A DNA stretch of 63,534 nucleotides, filler included, from Porpidia crustulata (Eukaryota), in the NCBI GenBank assembly GCA_964255105.1. It is 7 parts of 7 records of this genome, joined end to end, with 100 filler letters (N's around TTAATTAATTAA, not from the genome) between each part and the next. Parts side by side here need not be neighbours in the genome. Positions count along the whole stretch, not along the records: positions 36,383 to 45,372 come from CAXUWE010001018.1; positions 45,473 to 54,454 come from CAXUWE010001019.1; 5 more parts are not named here. One strand, given 5' to 3'. Below, piece after piece: positions 39,301-54,554 of the stretch. A program made the translations under genes and the position numbers. Each line of letters starts with the position of its first letter. Position 1 is the first letter of the stretch. The notes under the pieces were generated by a model. The model was not told the DNA's origin. It made no database searches and was given only the letters and a program-made list of their open reading frames with translations.

Positions 39301-40090
39301 CGAGTATTTCGTGCTTTTAGATTGATCTGTATGGGTAGGTAAGAAGCTACGATGCTTGGCAAGAATTGGTTGGGCGAAATCGAGATGTTATGCATGAGCG
39401 GCATAGCTATCATGCTGAGAGTAGCTAACCTCTCAGCTAGACTGCTGGATTGCTAGCAAATCCCTTGGACTGCAAAGAGCCTAAGCTTGCTAGCAAATTC
39501 GTCGTCCACTATCGCGTATATCCCCCCCAAACTCCATCGGCCATGGCGAACGTAGGCCAGCCACCACCAATGATAGGCTTCGACGGAGTGCTTAGCGGCC
39601 AATGAGACCCTGGCCCCTAAGGAAAATTTGTCGACGCTTGTTGAGGAAACTACTGTGCCAACGTTTTTAAACTTCCCTGACGAAGGTTGCGCGGGGCGTC
39701 TTGGGCATGGGTACGTCGATCCGACCTTTTCGCTTTCCTTTCTATTGTAGTAAAGCTGCAGGACTGCATCGGTGCGATTTAGTAGTCTATCAAATTTCTT
39801 AACGCTCCTTTGCACGCATTGAGTTCTTGTTATTTAGTTCTTCTTCAACTCATGGTGGAGAAAGGCAAAGAGAGTGAGAGAGGTGGGAATTTCGAGATTG
39901 AGGGCCAACCCACCAACAAGAGGGAAAGCTAGTCCCAATCCCTGCTTACATCACCACCTTCGTCACAAGCGAATTGTCGTGACACTCTTCCTTCCACACG
40001 TACTTGAGCTTCGTTTTGCTTGGACCTTATCGCGCAGGAACCCGCAGGTCCGAGTTCTATAGCAGGACCTGTGTCTGCCTAATCATCGCA

Positions 40091-40157
40091 GTAGGTAATG
40101 GCCCTGTATTCACCTCGCTATGAACGGACTATCCACCAATCTAACATTTCTCTGCAG
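40091..40157 (+). other. Probable 5'-UTR intron of the kinase gene
   Basis: GTAGGT donor, CTAAC branch site, pyrimidine tract and CAG acceptor, ~360 bp upstream of the ATG. Confidence 0.5.
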
Positions 40158-40520
40158 CCTCGAACCCTAACGTTCCTTCACCACGATAATCCTCTTCAAT
40201 ATTCCCAAAACCCCACATCATACCACCACCAAGGAAAAGTGTAACTTAGAAGTGCTCTGGTTTCACAGGGAAAATATAACATCTCTGGCTTGTCGCCCGT
40301 GGACAATACAATAGAAAACCCTTCTCACCAGGATTGAAGTGGGGCTTCTCGAATTGTCCTATACAGTCGTTTGTGCTTTGGACCGTCATGGTGGCCGTTG
40401 GAGGTTGGACTGCTTGCCAACCTCAATGACATTGGTGCTTGGCCGAGTTGATTGTCCCACAGTACGACACCCGGCTAGAACAACAGGAGGAAAAGGGAGA
40501 ACGAGAAAAGTGGAGGAGCA

Positions 40521-43500
40521 ATGGCTGCTGTGAGCGTTGACAGAAAGGAGCTAGGTAGTGGGAATGAAGAATATCAATCAACGACAGCTTCGACCACATC
40601 AGCGGACGCCATAGTGTCAGACGTTGCAGAGTCCCGTCACTCCGAGTCAGTCAGGCATGAGGAAGCGGGTACAAAGGTATCGATGCCGGTTATCGATGAT
40701 CAGTCCAGAACGCCCACATCAGAATATCCCTCGACAGTACCAACGCCGGCAACGCCAGCCACATCATGGGCGTCTCAAGAGTTGCCGCCGCGCGCACAGA
40801 ACTTCCAGCCAGGTGAACCGGGCAATACACAACACTCGGTCCCCAACGAGAGTGGTTACTTTGCAGCAAGAGCAACGGCAAACTCCTATGCTGTTGCTTT
40901 CCCGGCTCAACCGTCAGCAACAACCTTATCCTCGGAGTCTAGGAATAGCTCCACCAATGACAATCTGAACAGTGCTTCTGCCCCACAGTCGCCTGGCGGG
41001 CCATGGCGCGAATGTTTCTCGCCTGTCAAGTCTGACGAGAGCCAGACTCCTCGCCCAATGTCGGTACCTACGAAGCAGATTGAAAAGCTCAGCGGTACCC
41101 GCCCAAACTACCCAAACCAGTCCTTCGCCGCTCTACAAGCTCAGCACATCCCTCCACATTACCCACGGCCGCGACCACTCAGAACTCGAAGCTCACATCC
41201 GTCGCAGCATCAATCTTATTCGGCCGATGACAGTAGAAGGTCTAGAGAATTTCCAAACATACCAGTAATAGCCAAGACTGCTGGGAACACGCCAGCGCAG
41301 AGCCCCGGTTTGTTCTCTCCGACCTTTTCGCCAAATAGGTCTGCTGAAGAGCACGAAGATGGGGAGTATAACACGCCGCTGCTTCACCCATCACACATGC
41401 AAGCTCCGAAAGAGTAAGCCGCATTCTACCCAGCCTCCCTCTTTTCTTCATTCGCTCTATGATCGTTGCTCAAGCGTTTACTAACCTGCATCAGGACCCA
41501 CAAGCTATTGAAAGATATCGACCCAATCTCAGGCCGAAAACTAGTCAACAATTACGAGTTGCAGAGGAAATTGGGGAGCGGTCAACATGGGACCGTCAAG
41601 CTCGGAAGAAATTTGGATACCAATGAGAAAGTGGCGGTGAAGATTGTGCGCCGATTCTCGAAGAAAGTTCGACTTGGCAAGGCAGGAGACCCGAGTGACA
41701 TGATTAAGAAAGAAGTCGCTATTCTCAAGAAAGCTCGCCACCCGCACGTCGTCAGCTTGCTCGAGGTCATCGACGACGATGAATTCGGTAAAGTATATCT
41801 GGTGCTCGAATTCGTCGAGCTGGGAGAGATTGTGTGGCGAAAGCAGACCGACAGAGATGTTGCAATGTTCGAGATGATGCGGGCCAGGCGAGAAACCACA
41901 GACCAATTTGACGAAGGATTCGAAGCCACCAACATTGACCGTTTCAATAACACGGCTCCAGCGAGACGCTTAGAGAAAGCTCGGCTGTTAGCAGAGCATA
42001 AGCTGCAGGCCGAAAATGTGCTGAAGTCAAAGGCGTCTACTACTCAGAGATCTCTTGCTAGCTCGGATTCTTACTGGAGCCTCGAGCATGGTGGGATCGA
42101 GGACGAGCAAGCATCGGAGGCCGGAAGCCTTCCAAAGACGGAGTCGAGAGAGAGTATGTGTTCACCAGCAAGCGACGGTATCTCCCGTTCAGAAACTCCT
42201 GGAGCCTCGACCCAGAGCTCTCTCTTACTCGAGCCCGCCACAGCAAAGCATTCTCTAGAGTCCAGCGGTACAATCGAACATCCAATAGTCGCAGATCTGA
42301 AGCGGGAGTCTCGCCCTGTGTCTCCGGTTGGTCTTGAAGGCACAATGTACGGAGCTTACACATCGGATGAGCGCTCCCCCGATGTTGCCTTAAAGGCTAC
42401 TGTCAATCATATTGCAGCTCAGCAGAGTAAATGGACAGTGGAAGAGGAAGAATTCATGTATGTGCCGTGCTTGACAGTATCACAAGCTCTTGATGCTTTC
42501 CGAGACACAGTTCTCGGCTTGGAGTATTTGCACTACCAAGGCATCATTCATCGCGACATTAAGCCAGCCAATCTACTTTGGACGAAGGATCACCGGGTCA
42601 AGATATCGGACTTTGGAGTCTCCTACCTCGGCAAACCGATTAGAGAAGATGATAACAAGGAAGAAAGACCCGAAGCGGATGCTGCAGATCTCGACGAGGC
42701 TCTTGAGCTGGCTAAAACCGTCGGCACCCCAGCATTTTACGCTCCGGAGTTGTGCGATCCCGACTTATTTGACTTTGGCAGAAATCCGGAGCGACCACAG
42801 ATTACTGGCCAGATTGATGTTTGGGCGCTCGGCGTGACACTTTACGGTATGATCTTTGGACGCTTACCATTCTTTGACGCCAATGAGTTTGCCATGTACG
42901 AGAAGATTGCCAGACATGAAGTTTTCATCCCACGCATGCGCCTCAAGGGCGTGGAAGTGACCGACCCCAATCCGGAAGAAGATCAGTTGAATATCTCGAC
43001 CAACAGCAACAAGAGAGATGATGATGTTGTAGAGTACGAAGAAGTCGATGAAGATTTGCGTGACCTGCTGAAGCGTTTGCTTCACAAGCAGCCATTGAAA
43101 CGCATCAGTCTGAAAGAAGTGAAGCACCATCCATGGGTTCTTCGAGGTATCAAGGACCCCAGCGCCTGGATCGATGAGACAGATCCATCATTACAAAGCG
43201 AAGGGCGTAAGATCGAAGTCTCCACCCAGGATGTTCAAGACGCTGTCGTCGGACTCACGATTGTCGATCGCATCAAATCGGGCATCCGAAGGCTTGGCTC
43301 CGTTGTTCGTGGCCGTGAACGAGATTCTCGCAAGAGGGGCAACAGTAATAGCAAAGCTCCTGATCAACCAAGCTCAGCACACACACCTCCGCTGGCTGCG
43401 TTCCATCGAGATTGGAGGAGGCCAAGTCTGAGAGGCGACGAGCAAATAGCTTCGGCATTGCGCGCATCAAGAGACGCTCCAGAACATCCTTTATCGCGTA

Positions 43501-44573
43501 GCGTTGCTGCTAGCCCCGAGTCCAAGCCGGGCATAGATTATTTTGATGGGAGCATACCTAATACCTCGGAAGCAATGTCTGGAAGGCCAACTCTAGGTGA
43601 ACGGATGCTATCAACCGCCGAGTCAACTAAGACAATCCGAGCGTCTGTACCTCCCACTCTGCGCGAAGACTCGGCACCATCTGATGAAGGCATCACGCCG
43701 ATGACACATGTCGTTGACACGGGCTCGTCCTCAAGTCTAGGAGGTATCTTTAGCGGAGCAGGACGCAGATTTGTCAACAGCATGCGGAGTAGAGAAAGAG
43801 GTCGTGACAGCCACAGCCCCTCCCAAACCAGTCGATCATCATCAGTAGATCCTAACTCCCATCATATCGATGATCCTCACGCTTCGCCTACCATCGCGTA
43901 CTCTTCAGCTATCGCAGCAGGTCGCCTCGACCAACCATCTGTGCTTCGCGAAGATTTATCGCTTGATCATTCCAAACCTCTTGAGCGAGCCATCTCACCT
44001 ACTATATATCGCTTTCCCGGCGAATCCTCTGCTGAATCTTTTCAGCATGCCCAAGACATGAACTACCGTCGCCAAACACTTGCATTCAATCATGCAACGT
44101 CTCGCCACCGCCGTACAGTCTCATCTGCTGCCGCTATCGCCTGTCCTCCTTCACCTGACGACGACATATTCTTTGCCCGTCGGCATTCCGTTGCCCCGAT
44201 CGAAGAGAGTCTGCCTCTTGGTATTTCATCCTCTTCCGATCAATTGCTATGTGGTCTTAGCGATTCCACTTCGCATCCGAGCATTCCGTCGGTCATTAGT
44301 GGTGCCTCGTCTCTTTCTGCTACTATAGAGCCGGATGACTCGTTGGCACGGATCAAAGAATCGCCTCCATCAAGTAACCCTCCTATCCACCCGTTCTATG
44401 GACGTCAAGGTGTCACCCACAATAATCCATCGCTGCCCCATATCACCATTGACACCAGAAGACCTTTAGTCGACGAAGACGAGGCAGCCTGGAATGGCGA
44501 TGCTGAGCAAGAATCAGACAGTGAAGACGAAGGCTTAGAGATGGGTGGCCAGGGCAAACCCAAGCGGAGGTAG
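40521..44573 (+). CDS. CaMKK-family Ser/Thr kinase (Ssp1/Sak1/Elm1-like, Snf1-activating type); 2 exons
   Basis: LGSGQHGTVK, VAVK, HRDIKPANLL, SDFGVS, VGTPAFYAPE and DVWALGVTLY, with a large insert after FVELGE. Intron 41414-41494 yields APKETHKL...GRKLVNNYE. Confidence 0.9.
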
Positions 44574-45372
44574 AGTTTCCCACAGTTCATGACTACGATT
44601 CCGATACGACTATGACTACACAACGAGATGATCTAGCAGCGATTCTTGGGCTGATGTTCATTAATTGCGGGAACCTCTATCGCTCCGATGCAGAAGATAC
44701 CTGCTTCAGAACATCTCCGTCACTTTGGACAATTCTAATTCCGCATTATCACATGGCCCACAAGCCATCTTCCAATCAAACCGAGGAAAATAGGGAACAT
44801 TCAGGATCACCTTTCTAATCCAACACACTATAGAATTCCCTTCGCCTTCCTCGAGCCTTTGCTCCACGACGACTTCATCGCTCTCCCCTCTTTGCTTTCA
44901 GCTTCTAGGATTGGATTAAATTTCTAATATACGGGAGAAATTTCCCCTCCTCTTCCCTCACCCCACTCTCTTCATCCACGAATTTCAAAAAAAATGGTTG
45001 ACCAAAAACAAAAATCAAACCTGGGCGGCAATTTTCCTCATGCATCACCCAAAAAAAAGCTCATATTCCACAACGAGCGGTCGTTCCTGCCACGGCTGGT
45101 TTCAGAAAGCGGCGTTTTTGCTGATACTTGGGGGGGAAGCGGGCGGCGCTTTTGTTTCATGGCTAAGGGGTGGGTGGATATCTGTGTTTCTATTTTCTCT
45201 TCTTTTTTCGCCCATATATTCCAGTGGCATAGCGAAAGAAGGCTGCGTGAACGATGTTGAATTCTCGTTTAGCGTGAGTGGTAGAAGGTTTTGTAGAAGG
45301 GGACGGTGCGGTGAGCGAGCGAGCGAGCGATAGACGGGTGGTTGCGTGTGCGGATTTGGCAATGTAGAGGAA

Positions 45373-45472
45373 NNNNNNNNNNNNNNNNNNNNNNNNNNNN
45401 NNNNNNNNNNNNNNNNTTAATTAATTAANNNNNNNNNNNNNNNNNNNNNNNNNNNNNNNNNNNNNNNNNNNN
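45373..45472. other. Artificial contig spacer
   Basis: N44-TTAATTAATTAA-N44. Confidence 0.97.
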
Positions 45473-48257
45473 AACACTATCAATTAACCAAAATAACCCC
45501 ATACCTCCCCCTTTTCTCCTCCAAAAATCCCTCCACTAATCCGAGTAATTCGCTTTCCAATCCGAAACCAAATCATAGAGTCTTTGTCTCCTTGAAAAAT
45601 ACCTCAATATCAACAATCTCGGGCAATTGATTGTGGAGGTTCCCACTTTCCCCGTCTATCTAATCTCCAACGAGATGGAGGAAAATTTTCCGAGTCGTGG
45701 GATATATGGTTGTTCGATTGTTTTGCAAAGGAGATACCTTCATCAACGTACCACACAAAGCCCATAACCCTCGAGATGACAAAATCGAATACTATGCACA
45801 AGACGTTCCGTACACAGTTTCTAATTGGTAAGAAAGGTCATCCACCCCCAACAACAAGTCATCCAAAAATCTCAGTACTAAGCTCTTCACCGAGGCAATA
45901 GTGACCTCTAGCAATCCTGGATGATTTCCACAGATGCAACAATCTAGCTTTTCAAATACTAAACCTATACAGCACAACTCTTCAAAAATGCGAACATATT
46001 CCCCCACACCATTGCTTTAACGCTTTCCCCACACTCCAACGTCCTGATAGTCTAATCCTCTCGAGAGACTTATTCAAGACAGTTCCATATCTTCAGAGCG
46101 ATGGTATAAATATACACGTACTGCTGTCATGTATTAATGTATACTAGGGCATCGCTAGCGGTGCTGATATATTTCTGAGCGCTTATATTTGGCTGCGTAT
46201 TTGGAGGTTCTGCGCGGGTTTGGTCGCTTGGTATGGAACGCTGGTTAGGTGTGCGTGATGCAGATTTTTCGATTACGACCGTTGTGGGGAGATGGTAGGC
46301 TTGATAAAGGTATTTAGGTTAACGGTGGTGAGATTGAAGAATATTCAAGGGGCAAATATGAGTTGGGTACGGCGATAAGGGGAGAATGATCCGAGTTGGT
46401 CGATGGAAGATGTATGAGGGAATATGATTTGCTACCTATTGGTTTTCTGCATGCGGAGTTTTGTGGGTGATTCCAGCACCAGACGGAGGTGGATCATGGT
46501 TTGAAGTCGAGGATGTCGAAGGCTAAAGTCTCCATAATGGCATTCCTGCGTCTTCTGTGATCTTTGAAGTATGACCCGTCTACTCAATAATGTAAGTTGT
46601 ATCTAAGTTCAGATGCCAGTCAACAGAGCAAATATCTTCTAGGGGAACGATTGGAATGAAACTTTGTGCTTGTTTGAATTGGAGACGAAGGGTTATTCTG
46701 TCGCTCGATGTATGGTTCGACGTTGAAGGAGGTGCGCTGGAGGTCTTGATCACCTACAGCACCTTTGAACACTTTTGATGTGCCCAAAAATGTAGTATAC
46801 CTCTGCTATTCTCTTGTTTGGAGGTTCCTCAGCGGTAAACGATTCCAAAACGCTTATTCTACGCGACTTCCTATCACTCGGTCGCATTTCGATTCGAAGA
46901 ATGGGAAAGCCGGAGCCGCTGAGTGCGCAGATTGCAAATCAATCTCCTTAACGGCTGATAGCAGGCGTTTATCTTACCGTAGTTGAACGGCTCCATGAGC
47001 ACTCCCAAATTATCTAAACCCGGTGTAGATATTCACTAGTGGCTTAGAATAAGCTTGCGGGCACTTGATACGATCCAGTGATCGCCATTGACCCAGGCAC
47101 CGTTTCGACTTAGCCCGCGAGAGATACCCCTAAACATCAAAGCTCTTACTCATTTAGAAGGCTGGAGAATAGGACACGCAGCAGACTAGATAGTAACTTA
47201 GCCAGTGGTTCGTACTGCGATAGGCGAGCGGCGCACGCAACTGTTCACTTTTAGTGGAGTTCATTTGAATGTCAGAAGGTATTTACTTCGGACGAATGTC
47301 ATTGAAGCCAGCGCACGGTACATCTTGTAGATTGTGCCACATACGCAGGAGCGCGGCACCATAAAAAAATTCGAGCTTTTTGTGGACTTGGGAATTGCTA
47401 GGACCTAACCTCACTGACGAGTCAAACCACAACCATTCAGTGAGGGCATAGTGCTTTGGATTTTCACTCAAATTTGTTGCGTACCTCGAAACCTGAGATC
47501 AACCAACATGCACGTGTGAATCCAGGATTGCAATCGCCGGATAGCTGCCCGCCATAGTGAATGCTCAATGGACTTGTAAACTCTTCACGCTTCCACCAAT
47601 CAAATGACTTTACCCCTTGATGTTTGGCAGATTGATTGAGTGAATGAGCGACTCGGTAGATCAGACATCATCGCACTCAATAGTCTCTATGCCCTCCCTC
47701 CATCTTCTTTTTACAGCCTTCTTCATACAGGCTTCCTCTTACTATTGTATATTGCTCGTCCTCAGGTGCTTGACAACAGCTTTCCTATTTCGACTAGCGT
47801 CATTAACGCATATTGTTGCTGGTAGAGCTACTGCAATATCATTGGCAATTGCTGAAACGTCGAATTAGGTGCGTGTTCGGAGATCTCGTGTTTGTAGTTT
47901 TCCCCGAAAAAGCGGTCGCTTTGCATTCACTTTTGTTACTTGAAACGTGGGAGGTATTTCAACATCCCATACGGACTCCAGTCGATGGGTCCTTGCTGGA
48001 GATCGCGAGATGCGATGTTTGTTTTGATGGACTCTAACCTAACTCCTCGCAACTTTCGCAATAACATGCCCTTTAAGCACGGCCTATTCCCCAGACTCTA
48101 TCGAATATGGCGGCTAACTATCGTCCGATCTTGCCACGACGAGTCATGATGTCTACTTCGGCTTGTTCGGAAGGTGTGCTGATTATCGCTACAGGACCGA
48201 GAGCCTGACTCCACCGCAAAATCTCCTTCAACACTCGAAATCTTATCTCCAGCCTCG

Positions 48258-50324
48258 ATGGCTGGCCAAAAGACTCCACGTCCGGCCAAGCGTCATTTGG
48301 TACGCTGGAATGGTAGGTCATTCTTTCGGGTAATGTGTCGATATCTCTTCCCCAAGTTCGTTGGTGTTTGCTTTGCAATAGCTCGAGCGCACCGACGAAG
48401 CTTACATCTCTTGGTAATGTTATACATATACACCGTAGAGCACCAGTACCCACTTCCTTGGATGTTGTACTTGAGGAAGCTGTCCTGCCTATCTCATACT
48501 TCTTCAATGGCCACTACCCATTGCTATGAGCTACTCATCTTCCACGACGTCGTCTTTTCGTCCTTACCCCTGCTGTGTTGTCAGCTTACGGGACCCGAGC
48601 ACACTAATACTGAGACAGATGACATGGACAAGAAGCTCTTACTTACCGTTCAATTTGTGTGCAACGCCGAAGGTGTCAAAATTCCTTGGGATAAAGTTGG
48701 CATTGTTATGGGAGATGAAATTAGTGATGGTGCCGTTATTCAGCATCTTGCAAAACTTCGTAGTAGGATGTTGAAAGCGGGACTCGACGTTCCTCCTCCT
48801 CTTCGACGTGGTGGCGGTTGTGGCCTTTCAGGCAGGAACAGCGGCGAAGGCAGTAGTCAGAGTAAACCAACTCCGGTCAAGAAGGTAAAGCCAAACACGA
48901 AAAAAGGTCAAAAGAGCGTTGCGAAACACGATGATGAGGAGGAACAAGACTCCGACAATTACGACGCTTCTGATCCTGAGGCCGACTTCCAGCAAGCTCG
49001 TTCTAAAAGGACAAGAACTACGTCTACAACCAAGAGCACTCCTCGAAGAGCAAAAGTCAAGCCAGACGAGACCGATGATGAGTTTGATACTCCTACCAAG
49101 ACTGGAGATAAGCGTAAACGTAAGAGCACGACTTCACTGGCCAAGAATGAAAAAAGCAAGGAAGACAGAGTCCATTCCACGTCAAAAACTCGGACCCAAA
49201 ATTTCAAGACTGACTACTACGACATAGAATTAAATACTCCTGAGGATGATGAGTATCGAAGCGGGACCGAAGCTAGTGACCAGCAGGTTACCGGGGCCCA
49301 GCACGTTGCATCAGGTGCCAAATTCCTTCGTCTGGACTCGGAATCCACTACTGGCGGGCAAAATTTGGACGACGGTCGCATTATCAAGCGGGAGCCGGGA
49401 ACCCAAAGTAAAATCGTCGTACTCTCATTGCCAAGGTACCGTATGGCTTCTGAGCAAGGTCCAGATACTTCAGGTCATAGCTCTCAAATAACTCCTGCCG
49501 ATGACGAAGCTAGTCGATGCCTCATTCCAGATGAAGAGTCCGCCGACGCCATGTTCGATGAGGAGACCTTCGAGATGGGATCGATCAAGTATCATCTCCA
49601 GGATGATATGTATTATGATCACAATAATATCAACATGATGAAGCCTTTCGGGTCGGCAGAACAGATATACCAGGTCAATCACACGACTGAGAATAATGAG
49701 ACTTACTTCGATGATGCGATCTTTCACGACGCCCTAGAGCCAGGTTTCCCTATGAGTCAGGGCGACCAACCTCTCAACTTCAAAGAGATGGTTCTCGGTC
49801 ACACTCCGCCCCCAAGTGGGCGGCTTGTGGATCAGGATAGTCAGATAGATACCAAAATTTCGGCATCGGCTTTTCAACCTTACCGTCTGGATACTGGTGA
49901 GACTCATAGTCAAATTTCTGGTGTTGGCCTTGGTGCGTTAGCACCTTCATTCAGTCATTCCGGATTTAGTGCTCACGAAACCATCCGTAATCATTACCCT
50001 CCTCTCAAAACCAACTTTGAAGCACCCGCTAGGAGTCAGGTACCTGAGCTTGACTTTGAAAAGGAATTTGTGGAATGGATCGAGACTGTGCCGGAGACAT
50101 CCCAACCACTGGCGGCGATTTGGCGGGGCTCTCAGCCAAGCGATTCCAGCGAGGCACTCTCGGCCAGCACCACCGAGTTTAACAAGACTCCAAGTTTTGC
50201 TTCCGCTGGAGAGGCCGGCCACACACCTATCCTCAATTTCGGGCGAGAATACAGCGCGGATTTCGATCACCACCAGAATCTGGGAGATCCGAATGCGTTC
50301 AAAGCATACTGGGACTCGTCTTAG
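48258..50324 (+). CDS. Hypothetical nuclear protein with N-terminal Myb/SANT-like domain; one 306-bp in-frame intron (48313-48618)
   Basis: Splicing gives LVRWNDDMDKKLLL...IPWDKVGIVMG...GAVIQHLAKLRSRM, a fungal Myb-like pattern. GTAGGT donor, CTAAT branch, CAG acceptor. A K/R-rich disordered region follows. Confidence 0.75.
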   Translation: MAGQKTPRPAKRHLVRWNGRSFFRVMCRYLFPKFVGVCFAIARAHRRSLHLLVMLYIYTVEHQYPLPWMLYLRKLSCLSHTSSMATTHCYELLIFHDVVFSSLPLLCCQLTGPEHTNTETDDMDKKLLLTVQFVCNAEGVKIPWDKVGIVMGDEISDGAVIQHLAKLRSRMLKAGLDVPPPLRRGGGCGLSGRNSGEGSSQSKPTPVKKVKPNTKKGQKSVAKHDDEEEQDSDNYDASDPEADFQQARSKRTRTTSTTKSTPRRAKVKPDETDDEFDTPTKTGDKRKRKSTTSLAKNEKSKEDRVHSTSKTRTQNFKTDYYDIELNTPEDDEYRSGTEASDQQVTGAQHVASGAKFLRLDSESTTGGQNLDDGRIIKREPGTQSKIVVLSLPRYRMASEQGPDTSGHSSQITPADDEASRCLIPDEESADAMFDEETFEMGSIKYHLQDDMYYDHNNINMMKPFGSAEQIYQVNHTTENNETYFDDAIFHDALEPGFPMSQGDQPLNFKEMVLGHTPPPSGRLVDQDSQIDTKISASAFQPYRLDTGETHSQISGVGLGALAPSFSHSGFSAHETIRNHYPPLKTNFEAPARSQVPELDFEKEFVEWIETVPETSQPLAAIWRGSQPSDSSEALSASTTEFNKTPSFASAGEAGHTPILNFGREYSADFDHHQNLGDPNAFKAYWDSS

Positions 50325-52388
50325 TGAAGGCGCTGAAAACAATCGGAGGTAAAATCAGCAAATGATTCTAAATGATGGTCAAGAGCATCGCTAACCTTTG
50401 GCCAGTGAAATTGTGTGCATCATTATCCATTTTCGCCATTGCTCGTCAGTTTATCCCAGGTCAGCAGCAGACGAGAGCTCAGTACCGAGCATTCCTCGTT
50501 GCTATTAACCATGATATGTGAGAGGCGTTGCGATTTCCAAGTCGAATTCGAATTCGCACCAAATTGGGTTTTGGTTTCAGTCTTTCCAATGCGCTCCACA
50601 TCGTTCCAGCCGAGCAAAGTAAAGCTCACCATCAAGCTTTAATGGTTGCCAGAGTCTGTGACCTTCGCAGCACATTATGCCTTCTAGATCATATTGGTTC
50701 GAAGGCAAAGCGACTTCCTTGCTCATGTTCCTTATTTTCATTCTAAACTTCCTGCTGGCATATCAAATATTGGCTCAGACTCGAGCTAATGTCTTTGAAA
50801 TGGCCCGTGATCCATGGGATGGAGTGCATCTTCCCGAGTCAAGCTTACTCACAGCCAGCAATGCTTTCCACTGAGATTATACTAAAAGTTTTCCCTATCA
50901 GCAGCCACCTCAAGGGCTATGTGCTCTTCAAAGGTACTCACTTCAAGTGGCATAGAACTACCAAATTTCAAAGAGCCGAATTCAGAGGGGTTGCTTTCAT
51001 ATAGAGCTCCACATAGATAGCTAATAATGCAAGCCTCTTTCTATGATCGGCTTCAAATGTCCACTTATAATTATATTTGTGATTACTTACATGTTCAATG
51101 TGTCAGGTGACGGCGGCCATGCTATACTTTTGGAGGACGTGCCAGGATGTGCGAATAGTGGCAAGGATCGGTCAAACGTATGAGCTCCAGTGAAGTCATA
51201 AGTCATAAGCCAACATAAGTCAGCGTCGTATGTTTCTGAGCTTGATTCACGCGGCCTGCTGGGTGTGTTCATGGTCTCTCTATCGCCTCATAGATGTGAG
51301 GTTTCCCCCAGGAGCTGAAGATTAATGGTCTTTCCAGAAGAATCAGAGCCCAGCAGTATCACTAACGGACCAAAACATGCCCATATCTGGCCAATCTCTC
51401 TCAGGCATACATTTATGAGTACCAATGTGGTAAGTTAGGATACGACATCAAGATCAAAGTTGAAGTAAACGAGACCAATGCTAAAAGAATTTTCTCGGAG
51501 GAATAGCGCTGCGCCAACGACAGGTCACTTTGATGGTAAACGCAAGGACTCAATGCCCTACATATGAAAGAAGCCATTACGTGCGTATACCTGCTGTTGC
51601 TGATCGAAGACGTGTGGATACCTTGGTAGATTATTGCCGACCTTATAGGTGCCTGAGAGTGTGTGAGGATTGGACTCCAGAAGCTCCATGAGAGGGACAA
51701 GGGATATTCTAATATTCATAAAAATCCGCATAGTAAGGTATTACTATTACCAAAAATCAGGTATGTTTCGAAATTTGCTAGACCAGCGGTGATTAATGCG
51801 TATAGCAAAAGCTAAATGTCCAATATCTAACTTTCGAAGACTTTTTCAGGCACGTTAGGATATCTTTGAGTGACATTATCACTACTTCCAGACACGAATC
51901 AAAGCGTCAAGAGAATGGTCTAACAAGTACAACTACCTCATCTAAGGGTATCTGGTCTTGATGGATAGTCCTTACTCGAAAACGCTAAGTGGGAAACGCA
52001 AGTGTTTACTTCTGTAAGAGGACAGAAGATGCACTGGCCATCAATGGTGGGTAGGCCTGCAAGGAGTGGGCATGGAAGTTGAATGAGATATCAATTTTGT
52101 GATCATTCAGTGGTCAGGTTTGGGCTAATCGAATCTGTATCCTTCAATAGATTGGCGGGTACGGTCTCGTAGATCATGCTAGATTCCAATGAACTTAATT
52201 CAACTTCTTCTATCTTTTGTGCACTGGTTAGATAGGCTCTTGTATCTAGACCTCGACGGTCAAGAGGTGCACAAAACTGCGAGATGAGGTTGGTGATGTC
52301 GAGAGAGTCTGGGGCAGCCGTGACGGGAACTACTGGTGATATTTTACTCTACAGCAGCGCACGGAGCGGAATTACTTGATGCCGAGGT

Positions 52389-52401
52389 TTCTCGAATTTT
52401 C
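52389..52401. promoter_or_regulatory. Heat-shock element (TTCnnGAAnnTTC) upstream of hsp60
   Basis: TTCtcGAAttTTC, a perfect three-unit HSE ~130 bp upstream of the ATG. Confidence 0.7.
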
Positions 52402-52532
52402 CTATCTAATTGAGCTAGTAACGATACTTTTCTGCACTTCCCAAGCAATATATCTGTTCTACAGTACATCGTGTGAATACCCTCTATTCCGATTTGCGTT
52501 TCTGTCAAGCGTACTATCCCAACTACTCCAAC

Positions 52533-54454
<1,922 letters not shown>

Positions 54455-54554
54455 NNNNNNNNNNNNNNNNNNNNNNNNNNNNNNNNNNNNNNNNNNNNTT
54501 AATTAATTAANNNNNNNNNNNNNNNNNNNNNNNNNNNNNNNNNNNNNNNNNNNN
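54455..54554. other. Artificial contig spacer
   Basis: N44-TTAATTAATTAA-N44. Confidence 0.97.
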
